Part shown: in pieces, positions 53,167 to 64,000 of the stretch
Layout: every line of letters begins with the position of its first letter
Position numbering within the stretch: the stretch's first letter is position 1
From: Anolis carolinensis
Taxonomy: Eukaryota
NCBI RefSeq assembly: GCF_035594765.1
Contig: NW_026943821.1
Coordinates: 20,243,608-20,307,607, forward strand
Length of the DNA: 64,000 nucleotides
Direction of reading: 5' to 3'
Translations under genes and position numbers: made by a program
The notes under the pieces: generated by a model
What the model was told of the DNA's origin: nothing
Database searches by the model: none
The model's input: only the letters and a program-made list of their open reading frames with translations

Positions 53167-56100
53167 TGTATATCTTCAGCTGCTGTAAGAAAATAACACA
53201 TACAGACTACAAACAGAGGCACAACTATGTGGCCCAAATGATTCATTGGAACTTATGCCTCAAGCACCACCTCCCAGCAGCAAAGAACTGGTGGGATCAC
53301 AAACTTGCAAAAGTAATGGAAAATGAACACGCAAAGATACTTTGGGACTTCCAAATCCAGACTGATAAAGTTCTGGAACAAAACACACCAGACATCACAG
53401 TTGTGGAAAAGAAAAAGGTTTGGATCATTGATGTCGCCATCCCAGGTGACAGTCGCATTGACGAAAAACAACAGGAAAAAGTCAGCCGCTATCAGGACCT
53501 CAAGATTGAACTTCAAAGACTCTGGCAGAAACCAGTGCAGGTGGTCCCGGTGGTGATGGGTACACTGGGTGACGTGCCAAAAGATCTCAGCTGGCATTTG
53601 GAAACAATAGACATTGACAAAATTATGATCTGCCAACTGCAAAAGGCCACCCGACTGGGATCTGCGCACATCATCCGAAAATACATCACACAGTCCTAAA
53701 TGCTTGGGAAGTGTTCGACTTGTGATTTTGTGATACAAAATCCAGCATGTCTATCTTGTTTGCTGTGTCATACTATGCCGTTGTGTCAATAATAATAACT
53801 GTTATTCAAAAGGCTGTTGAATCCATGGATGGAGAATCCGTGGAGACAGAGAGAGGGACAACTATCATTTCTTTTACATAGCAATCAGTGCCCTTGAGTT
53901 TTCACCCAGTTTGCGTCCCCGGATGTTAATGAATGGCAACTCCCATCACTTGTGAATATCCACTATAGGGACTGGGGATAATGGGAGTTGCAGCCCAATG
54001 GCCCTTGTGGCTCTGAGGTTGGGGAAAGGCGAAATGGCATTTTGAAGTCAGGCATCATACTTACAAGCCTTGTATCTCAATCCAAACCCCACTCACCTGA
54101 CTACACAGAACAAACAGCAGCCTTCCAGATGTGACTGTATGCCAACTCCCATCACCTCTAGCCATGATAATGTCTCATGATGAGGAATACAGGAGTTGTA
54201 GTCCAGCGAGCCTTGCATTTCACACAAAACTTAGATGACACAAAACTTAGATGACACAAAAGCCTCCCCGCCAACCTTCCCTGGAGTCACACCCTCCTCA
54301 CCAGTCCTGTTTATAAGCCCATTTGTTTATTTGTTGACTCCAATCTGTAACTAGACAGGTCTGCACAGATCAAGTCACAACAAAAACACGGGCCAGAACC
54401 ATTGCCTGCTCTTTCCTTACACTCAATGCGTGGCTCCGGAGGTGCTCCTGCCGTGTGAAACGCTTGCCACAGATCTCGCAGGGGTAGGGCCTCTCGCCGG
54501 TGTGCGAACGGATGTGGCGCTTCAGGATGCCTTTCTGTTTGGCCGTGTAGGGGCAGAAGGGGCATTTGTGCAGCTTGATGGGCACCACGAGCACGTCACC
54601 TGCGGAAACACAAAAGAGATCGGCTTTGAACCGAAGTCAGAGGCTTAGGACAACCACAGCTTTAAACACAACCTAGCGAGAATATTAGAAAAAGAGGTAA
54701 TTGCTACATCACTCAATACTAACCATGCCAGACACAGTCCACACAATACTCATTGTTGCAAGGGAAACAGGAGTAGTGTGGGGTCGAAGGAGACAAATTC
54801 TCTCACTTTGAAATCTTCCAAATGTATTTGAATGTTTTCTAAAACTTTTGATGGCTCTACTATCGTTAACAAGGCGTCATCCGCAAATAAACTAATGTTT
54901 ACTTTTTCTTCTTGTCCGATTCCTCTACATCTTTGTCTTTCCTTATTGCATTCGCTAATAATTCTGTCACTAGTATAAATAAAATTGGAGATAAAGGGCA
55001 ACCTTGTCTAGTTCCTTGGTTTAGGTTAATTAATTCTGTTTCTCCATCATTAACTAATAATGAAGCTTTATTCTTTGCATAGATAAAGGTAAAGGTTTCC
55101 CCTGATGTTAAGTCCAGTCGTGACCGACTCTGGGGGTTGGTGCTCATCTCCATTTCTAAGCCAAAGAGCCGGCGTTGTTCATAGACACCTCCAAGGTCAT
55201 GTGGCCGGCATGACTGCATGGAGTGCCGTTACCTTCCCGCTGGAGCAGTACCTATTGATCTACTCACATTTGCATGTTTTCGAACTGCTAGGTTCGGGCT
55301 GGGCTGTGGCGCAGGCTGGTGAGCAGCCAGCAGCCAGCTGCAACAAATCACTCTGACCAAGAGATCATGAGTTCAAGGCCAGCTCGGAGCCTGTATTTGT
55401 CTTTGTCTCTGTTCTATGTTAAGGCATTGAATGTTTTCCTTATACAGTAGAGTCTCACTTATCCAACATAAACGGGCCAGCAGAACGTTGGATAAGCGAA
55501 TATGTTGGATAATAAGGAGAGATTAAGGAGAAGCCTATTAAACATCAAATTAGGTTATGATTTTATAAATTAAGCACCAAAACATCATGTTATACAACAA
55601 ATTTGGCAGAAAAAGTAGTTCAATATGCAGTAATGCTATGTAATAATTACTGTATTTACGAATTTCGCACCAAAATATCACGATATATTGAAAACATTGA
55701 CTCCAAAAATGTGTTGGATAATCCAGAACGTTGGATAAGCGAGTGTTGGATAAGTGAGACTCTACTGTATGTGTAATGTGATCCGCCCTGAGTCCCCTTC
55801 GGGGTGAGAAGGGCGGAATATAAATACTGTAAATATAAATATATAAATATAGGTTGGCAGGAGCTGGGACTAACAGGAGGCGCTCATTCCGCTCCCGGGA
55901 TTTGAACCTGGGACCTTTTGGTCTGCAAGTTCAGCAGCTCAGCGCTTTAACACACTTTGCCACCGGGGCTCCATATTCTTTGCATATAAGCTTGTAATAC
56001 TATATTTGTTAAGATGGATGTTAGTAACTCGGGGACAGCCTGTATCCTATATCCATCCAGACCAAACAGGCCTTATCCCAGGTAGGACATTACCAGATTC

Positions 56101-57099
56101 TATCAGAAGAGTTTTAAATATCATATAACAAAAGTGTTTGGTGTCTGGTCTCAACTCACCTGCATCCTCTCCATACCAGTCGTTGTCCATCATGGAGCTC
56201 ATGGGCATGGCACCGTCCTCCGGTCTCCCTTCGAAGCCGCGCACAAAGTGATGCACAACATCCTCCTTCCTCTGCACAGTGCTGTTGCGTAGCAGAGCCT
56301 CCAGGAACTGCTTCATGTGGTAGTTGTTACAGGCCAGGTCCATGGCCTGGCCGCTGTGGAGCCCCTCCTCGATCTGCTCCATAGTCAACGGAGCCGGGAA
56401 TTGTGACAGCCTCTCACCCACCTCCACCTCCACCTCGTCGGCATCGAACTCCACTTTGGGCTCCACCACTTTGGGCAGCGAGGAGTTTGTGTCATCCGGA
56501 GAGTCGCTGCCGACGGGGTCCCGGACCCTAAGCTCAATGGGGTGGCAGTTGTCGCACTCCCCGCAGGGAGGGTCTTGGCGACAATCCGGGTTTCTGTCCT
56601 TGTCTTGCAAAGACGAGACGGAGGCCGAGCACTGGCTCTTCGTGGCGAACGATGTGCCTTCTCTGGCGGAGCTGCTGCTCCCGCTGTCGGCCTGGTAAAA
56701 AGCGGCCTCTCGCTCTATCTTCCTGCAGATATCCAGTGAGGACCGAATGTACGCCTTGCAGAAGTTGACAACGTCCGTCATCTGCAGGTAACTGGCCGCA
56801 GACATGACCTCGATCACGTTCTCCCCGCAGAGGTCCAGTTTCCCGGAATAAAGGAAGTCCAGGATAACCGAGAAGGCTTCCGACGTCACGATGTCCAAGG
56901 AGGCGGTGCTGTGCCGGCCGCTGTCTTGGATGTAGTGGATCAAGAGCGCTCTGAAGTAGCCGCTGTTGGCAAAGAGGATGTTCTTGTGGGCCTTGAAGAT
57001 CCTCCCTTCGACGATGATGCTACAGTCGCAAAAGAAGTCCCTCTTTCGCTGCTCGTTGAGCTCCCCTAAGAGTTTGGCGTAGTACGACTGCATCTCCAT
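52332..57099 (-). CDS. ZBTB8B: Zinc finger and BTB domain protein 8B, 476 aa
   Basis: Exons 57099-56160 ([26 protein letters not shown].. BTB), 54599-54421 (two C2H2 fingers), 52643-52332; acceptor at 57136-35. Confidence 0.95.
52859..53790 (+). mobile_element. Two tandem 3' fragments of R4/Dong-like LINE (RLE endonuclease)
   Basis: ORF 53166-53699: [32 protein letters not shown], a restriction-like endonuclease; flanked by (AAT)n. Confidence 0.85.
54790..55082 (-). mobile_element. L1/Tx1-type RT fragment
   Basis: [13 protein letters not shown] and SLFADD motifs, frameshifted. Confidence 0.7.
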
Positions 57100-57619
57100 G
57101 GCTTCGGCACAGCGAGGAAGAAGTATTTTCACGTCTGCAAGGAAAAGCAAGGGGAGAACATCAGGAGAGGCACAGGGTGACTCACAGTCCTTCTCATCCG
57201 CAACAAATGCACATGGAACTGAATCAGGAGTACTTTAGGATTCCATAGGATACAATTATGACTATAAAATTGGCATCACAGGGCTATATTTGTGGCGTAG
57301 GGTCTCCGATGCTGTGGATGGCATCCTATACTCCAAACTAGGCTTATTTATTTATTTATTTACAGCATTTATATTCCGCTCTTCTCACCCCGAAGGGGAC
57401 TCAGGGCAGATAACATTACACATATAGGCAAACATTCAATGCCTTTTAACATGGAACAAAGACAAACAAACATAGGCTCCAAGCGGGCCTCAAACTCATG
57501 ACCTCCTGGTCAGAGTGATTCATTGCAGTTAATTGCAGTTGGCTTGCTCTCCCGCCTGCGCCACAGCCCAGGCTTCCCCTTTTTCCACTTTTGTGCTGAT
57601 TGTTCACAAAATCCCAGCT

Positions 57620-57920
57620 AGAATCATAGAATTGGAAGGGATCCCAAGGGACATCCAGTCCAACCCCTTTCCGTTATCTAGGAATTCTCAACACAAGCCC
57701 TCCTGACACATAGACATCCAGCCATTGCTTTAAAAAAAACCCAGGGAAGGAGGCTCTATTGGATTCCTAGGTAGCATATTCCATGGTTGGACAGCGATTA
57801 CCATCAGGAGGTTCTTCCTAATGTTCCGGTGGAATCTCTTTTCTTGCAATTTGAACTCATGTCTCCACTGTGTCCTAATCTCCAGAGCAGCAGAAAACAA
57901 GCTGGTCTTCTTGGTGCAAC
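57620..57920 (-). mobile_element. CR1 LINE 3' fragment
   Basis: Minus-strand translation HEFKLQEKRFHRNIRKNLLMV..PWNMLPR resembles the CR1 ORF2 C-terminus, with an (ATTCT)-type tail. Confidence 0.6.
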
Positions 57921-58097
57921 ATCCTCTCAAATTAACATTTTGGTGCCTCAAATGTTAGACCGTTTCTGGATATATTTGATCGGTGAAGTCCAAAAATGGT
58001 ACTGGTTTCCACAGTCAGCTTTAGTTTTGAAGATATGACATATAAGAGTCACCACCTGGTCAGCCACGGAAAACCAGGATAACCATATCTAAGAAAT

Positions 58098-58130
<33 letters not shown>

Positions 58131-58159
58131 TATAATTATTATTATTATTATTATTATTA

Positions 58160-59430
58160 TGATACGGAAAACAAGATAGATATGCTGGATTTCGTATCAC
58201 AAAATCACAAGTCGAACACTTCCCAAGTTTCTAGGACTGTGTGATTATTATTATTGTTATTATTATTATTATTATTATTGACACAAAGACATAGTATGAC
58301 ACAGCAAACGAGATGTATATGCTGGATTTCGTATTACAAATTACAAGTTGAACACTTCCCAAGCGTTTAGGATGGTGTGATGTATTTTCGGATGATGCGT
58401 GCAGATCCCAGTCGGGTGACCTTTTGCAGTTGGCAGATTGTAATTTTGTCAATGTCTATTGTTTCCAAATGCCGGCTGAAATCTTTTGGCACGGCACCCA
58501 ATGTGCTGACCACGACCGGGACCACCTGTACTGGTTTCTGCCAGAGTCTTTGAAGTTCAATCTTGAGGTCCTCATAGCGGCTGAGTTTTTCCTATTGTTT
58601 TTCGTCAATGCGACTGTCACCTGGGATGGCGACATCAATAATCCAAACCTTTTTCTTTTCCACAACTGTGATGTCTGGTGTGTTGTGTTCCAGAACTTTG
58701 TCAGTCTGGATTCGGAAGTCCCACAGTATCTTTGAGTGCTCATTTTCCATTACCTTTGCAGGTTTGTGATTCCATCAGTTCTTTCCTGCTGGGAGGTGAT
58801 ACTTGAGGCATAAGTTCCAATGAATCATTTGGGCCACATAGTTGTGCCTCTGTTTGTAGTCTGTCTGTGCAATTTTCTTACAGCAACTGAGGATATGATC
58901 AATGGTTTGTCAGTTTCCTTGCACAGTCTGCATTTTGGTTCATCAGCTGATTTTTCAATCTTGGCCTTAATTGCATTTGTTCTGATATCTTGCTCATGGG
59001 CTGCAAGGATCAGGCCTTCTGTCTCCTTCTTCAGGGTCCCATTCGTGAGCCAGAGCCAGGTCTTCTCCTTGTCAGCTTTTCCTTCAGTTTTGTTAAGGAA
59101 CTTTCCATGCAATGTTTTGTTGTGCCAGCTGTCAGCTCTAGTTTGTAGTGCGGTTTTCTTGTACTGGTTTTTTGTCTGCTGTGCTTTGAGAAGTTTCTGA
59201 TTTTTGACTTCAATCAAAGCAGGTTCTTCACTTTGCTTTACATATTCTGCTAGGGCATGTTCTTCTTCTTTGACTGGTTGTTTTACTTGAAATTACTATT
59301 ATTATTATTATTATTGACACAAAGACATAGTATGACACAACAAACAAGATGTATATGCTGGATTTCGTATTACAAAATTACAAGTCAAACACTTCCCAAG
59401 TGTTTAGGACTGTGTGATGTATTTTCGGAT
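58160..59430 (-). mobile_element. R4/Dong-like LINE fragments in a (TAA)n tract
   Basis: LHGKF..LKKETEGLILAAHEQ..CRLC zinc knuckle plus RLE domain; extra 3'-end pieces. Confidence 0.8.
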
Positions 59431-59542
59431 GATGATGATGACGATGACGATTATTATTATTGTTATTATGGCCCACAATGTGACTGAGACTCTCCAATTA
59501 TTATGCCTAGCCTACACTGGGGTTTAGAACATTCAGGGAAGG

Positions 59543-59680
59543 TGTTGTCGAAGGCTTTAATGGCCGGAATCACAGGGTTGTTGTGTATTTTCCGGGCTGT
59601 CTGGCCATGTTCCAGAAGTATTCTCTCCTAATGTTTCGTCCACATCTATGGCAGGCATCCTCAGAGGTTGTGAGGTATAG
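59543..59680 (-). mobile_element. Solo PLE terminus with degenerate hammerhead
   Basis: Matches 21381-21515; the cleavage triplet GUC is changed to AUU. Confidence 0.7.
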
Positions 59681-60124
59681 GATTCCAAGCTTGCTCTTGG
59701 GACGTCTAAATATAGAACTTGCAAAATAACCAAGAATTAGGGGAGAAAGCTGAAGCCAAGGCGATGACACTTCTTCCTTGATCCTCTTCCTACGAGAAGC
59801 CAAAACCACGCAAGGTGACCCTTGGAGGAAGCGGCATTAGGACCTGGGCAGAATCCGCATCCCTTGCCAACCATGTGGTTTTCGTAGCATGACCCTCCAG
59901 GGGGAAAGCCAGCCTGACCAAGGAACAAAGAATTTCCAGTCCAGCCAGCAGAGAAAGCACAGGCCCCAAATATCCCAAAGCATCTTCCTTATTTATTTTT
60001 ATTTTTTTTGCCTGCGATCTTTATCAATCATTCCTTCTCCAATTCTGGACCGTTTTCCTCTCTGTCTTTTTGCAGCTCGTCCTTCTCTTCTTCCGCCTGC
60101 TCCAGCATTTCCACTTTGCATTTG

Positions 60125-63100
60125 CCAAGAGTTGGAAGGGACCCTCAAGGGCCATCCAGTCCAGCCCCCTTCTGTCAAGCAGGAAGACACAATCAAAGCC
60201 CTCCCAACAGATAGCCATCCAGCCTCTACTTAAAAGCCTTCCGAGAAGATAAGGAGATAGATAGATAGATAGACAGACAGATTCCTAGAGTTGAAAGAGA
60301 TCCCAAGTGCCATCCAGTTCAGCCCCTTTCTGCCAAGCAGGAAGACACAATCAAAGCCTTCCCAACAGATGGCCATCCAGCCTTTACTTAAAAGCCTTCC
60401 GAGAAGATAAGGAGATAGATAGACAGACGGACTGATTCCTAGAGTTGGAAGAAACTTCAAGGGTCATCCAGTCCAACCCCTTCTGTCAAGCAGGAAGACA
60501 CAATCAAAGCTCTTCTGACAGATGGCCATCCAGCCTCTGTTTAAAAGCCTCCTGAGGAGGAGATAGATAGAAACCTGGAGTTGGAAGGGACTCCAAGGGC
60601 CATCCAGTCCAACCACCGTCTGCCAAGCAGAAATACACAATCAAAGCCCTCCGGACAGATGGCCCTCCAAGCCTCTACTTAAAAGCCTCCTGAGAAGGAG
60701 ATAGAGAGATAGAATCCTAGCATTGGAAGGGACCCCAAGGGCCATGCAGTCCAGCCCCTTTTGTCAAGCAGGAAGACACAATCAAAGCCCTCCTGACAGA
60801 TGGCCATAAAGCCTCTACTTAAAAGCCTCCTGAGAAGGAGATAGGTAAAGGTAAAGGTTTCCCCTGACGTTTAGTCCAGTCGTGACCGACTCTGGGGGTT
60901 GGTGCTCATCTCCATTTCTAAGCCGAAGAGCCGGCGTTGTCCGTAGACACCTCCAAGGTCATGTGGCCGGCATGACTGCATGGAGCACCGTTACCTTCCC
61001 GACCTTTTGATCTACTCACATTGGCATGTTTTCGAACTGTTAGGTTGGCAGAAGCTGGAGCTAACAGCAGGCGCTCACTTTGCTCCCCGGATTTGAACCT
61101 GGGACCTTTTGGTCTGCAAGTTCAGCATCTCAGCGCTTTAACACACTGAGCCACCGGGGCGAAGATAGATAGAATCCTAGCATTGGAAGGGACCCCAAGG
61201 GCCGTCCAGTCCCACCCCTTTTGTCAAGCAGGAAGACACAATCAAAGCTCTCCCGACAGATGGCCATACAGCCTCTGCTTAAACGCCTCCTGAGAAGGAG
61301 ATAGGTAGATAGAATCCTAGAGTTGGGACCCCCAAGGACCTTCCTGTCCAACTCCTTTCCGTCTAGCAGGAAGACACAATCAAAGCCCTCCCGACAGATG
61401 GCCACCCAGCCTGTACTTAAAAGCCTCCTGAGAAGGAGATAGGTAGATAGAATCCTGGAGTTGGGACCCCCAAGGACCTTCCTGTCCAACTCCTTTCCGT
61501 CAAGCAGGAAGACACAATCAAAGCCCTCCCGACAGATGGCCACCCAGCCTCTACTTAAAAACCTCCTGAGAAGGAGATAGGTAGATAGAATCATAGAGTT
61601 GGGACCCCCAAGGACCTTCCTGTCCAACTCCTTTCCGTCTAGCAGGAAGACACAATCAAAGCCCTCCCGACAGATGGCCACCCAGCCTGTACTTAAAAGC
61701 CTCCTGAGAAGGAGATAGGTAGATAGAATCCTGGAGTTGGGACCCCCAAGGACCTTCCTGTCCAACTCCTTTCCGTCAAGCAGGAAGACACAATCAAAGC
61801 CCTCCCGACAGATGGCCACCCAGCCTCTACTTAAAAACCTCCTGAGAAGGAGATAGGTAGATAGAATCATAGAGTTGGGACCCGCAAGGACCTTCCCGTC
61901 CAACTCCTTTCCGTCAAGCAGGAAGACACAACCAAAGCCCTCCCAACAGATGGCCACCCAGCCTCTACTTAAAAACCTCCTGAGAAGGAGATAGAGAGAT
62001 AGAATTCTAGAGTTGGGACCCCCAAGGACCTTCCTGTCCAACTCCTTTCCGTCAAGCAGGAAGACACAATCAAAGCCCTCCCGACAGATGGCCACCCAGC
62101 CTGTACTTAAAAGCCTCCTGAGAAGGAGATAGGTAGATAGAATCATAGAGTTGGGACCCCCAAGGACCTTCCCGTCCAACTCCTTTCCGTCAAGCAGGAA
62201 GACACAATCAAAGCCCTCCCGACAGATGGCCACCCAGCCTGTACTTAAAAGCCTCCTGAGAAGGAGATAGGTAGATAGAATCATAGAGTTGGGACCCCCA
62301 AGGACCTTCCTGTCCAACTCCTTTCCGTCAAGCAGGAAGACACAATCAAAGCCCTCCCGACAGATGGCCACCCAGCCTGTACTTAAAAGCCTCCTGAGAA
62401 GGAGATAGGTAGATAGAATCATAGAGTTGGGACCCCCAAGGACCTTCCCGTCCAACTCCTTTCCGTTAAGCAGGAAGACACAATCAAAGCCCTCCCAACA
62501 GATGGCCATAAAGCCTCTACTTAAAAGCCTCCAGAGAAGGAGATAGAGAGATAGTATCCTGGAGTTGGGACCCCCAAGGATCTTCCTGTCCAACTCCTTT
62601 CCGTCAAGCAGGAAGACACAATCAAAGCCCTCCCAACAGATGGCCATAAAGCCTCTACTTAAAATCCTCCTGAGAAGGAGATAGGTAGATAGAATCCTGG
62701 AGTTGGGACCCGCAAGGACCTTCCCATCCAACTCCTTTCCGTCAAGCAGGAAGACACAATCAAAGCCCTCCCAACAGATGGCCACCCAGCCTGTACTTAA
62801 AAACCTCCTGAGAAGGAGATAGAGAGATAGAATCATAGAGTTGGGACCCCCAAGGACCTTCCTGTCCAACTCCTTTCCGTCAAGCAGGAAGACACAATCA
62901 AAGCCCTCCCGACAGATGGCCACCCAGACTGTACTTAAAAGCCTCCTGAGGAGATAGGTAGATAGAATCATAGAGTTGGGACCCCCAAGGACCTTCCCGT
63001 CAAGCAGGAAGACACAATCAAAGCCCTCCTAACAGATGGCCCCCCAAGCCTCTACTTAAAAGCCTCCTGAGAAGGAGATAGAGAGATAAAGTCCTAGCAT

Positions 63101-63205
63101 TGGAAAGGACCCCAAGGGCCATCCAGTCCAGCCCCTTTTGTCAAGCAGGAAGACACAATCAAAGCCCTCCCGACAGATGGCCACCCAGACTGTACTTAAA
63201 AGCCT
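60125..63205. repeat. 138-bp tandem satellite (CR1-like 3' core), homogeneous at 61310-62990
   Basis: Period 138 (AGAATC at 61311, 61449...), which gives the 46-aa repeats of the spurious 613-aa ORF. Confidence 0.93.
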
Positions 63206-63359
63206 CCAAGGCAAGCCAAACAGCATCTTATACTCAGGAGCGCCTTCCTGGTGTTTAGGTAGAATCTTTTCTCGCCCAAGCCCTGGATTTCGCTCTTCTC
63301 AAATTGCATTAGAACGGGTCTGGTCTCCTCTGAGCATCTGCAGAGTGCATTTCCGTTTC

Positions 63360-63800
63360 CAAGGGGCGGCTCGGAGGACCAGGCGCCGGAGAGGCGTGGC
63401 TCCTGGAGGGAAGGTGGCCCAACTTCTTCCTCCTTTCCTTCCTTCCTTCCTTTCTCCCTTCCCTTTTTCTTTGGCTCACAGCAAGTGATGCGGGTCGAGA
63501 AGGACAATGGCAGGGAGGGAGGGAGGAGGACCCATTCCGGGTGGGCAGAGGCTCAAGGGAAAGGCAGGACGGGGAGAGGGTGGCTTTGGGGGGCTCTCCT
63601 TAAGGAAGGAAGGAAGGACAGCTCCTCGTGGACCCCCCCGCCCCCTCCTCGCAGTCTTTACCTGTCCGCGGGTTTCACCTGGAGCCACAGCCTCCGCCTC
63701 CAGCCGAAGGGCAAGCAGCCCCTTCCATCCTGATGCTGGGGAGGCGCCGGGGCTTTCAAACTCCTCCTCTTGCGCCGGGTTTTCTGGGATTTGCAGTTCC
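63360..63800 (-). promoter_or_regulatory. Probable ZBTB8B promoter / non-coding first exon
   Basis: GC-rich island upstream of the ZBTB8B coding exon; minus-strand donor CAG|GTAAAG at 63662/63661. Confidence 0.45.
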
Positions 63801-64000
63801 AGTGCTCTTCAACAGCTCCATCCACGACCGAACATCCACATCCCACCTGAACATTAGGAAAAAACTTCCTGAGCTGTTCAACAGTGGAACTCACTGCCTC
63901 TGAGCCTGATGGAGCGCTCCTTCCTTAGAGGCTTTGAAACAGAGCATGGATGGTCATCTGTCAGGGGTGTTAAATTAAATTTCCAATTAAAAGAGAAATA

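Noticed and set aside
61130-62971. 613-aa ORF with 46-aa repeats
   Set aside because: By-product of a stop-free 138-bp (multiple of 3) satellite unit derived from a non-coding repeat; no splice or domain evidence.

Overview
Vertebrate genomic DNA, almost certainly a squamate lizard (Sauria-type SINEs and repeat content typical of Anolis), with several N gaps. It holds the conserved block SYNC(+), RBBP4(-), ZBTB8OS/archease(+), ZBTB8A(-), ZBTB8B(-). All exons were assembled by hand with GT-AG junctions and intact frames. An extra intact 4-exon ferritin gene (-) lies between ZBTB8OS and ZBTB8A; its iron-binding residues are replaced (E61K, E62K, H65D, E134 lost) and it has no convincing IRE. 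Introns are full of SINEs, TA-targeting MITEs, Helitrons, R4/Dong LINE ends, Penelope-like elements (PLEs) and minisatellites. Standout signals: (1) the predicted ferroxidase-dead ferritin; (2) a PLE palindrome with 601-bp arms, a (TAACCC)2 spacer and a minimal dimer-type hammerhead ribozyme in each arm, in the inferred first intron of archease; (3) a Helitron flanked by a 71-bp direct duplication; (4) a candidate alternative first coding exon of RBBP4; (5) TF-motif-rich and CR1-derived satellites near promoters. Comparisons with human proteins are from memory; no searches were run.
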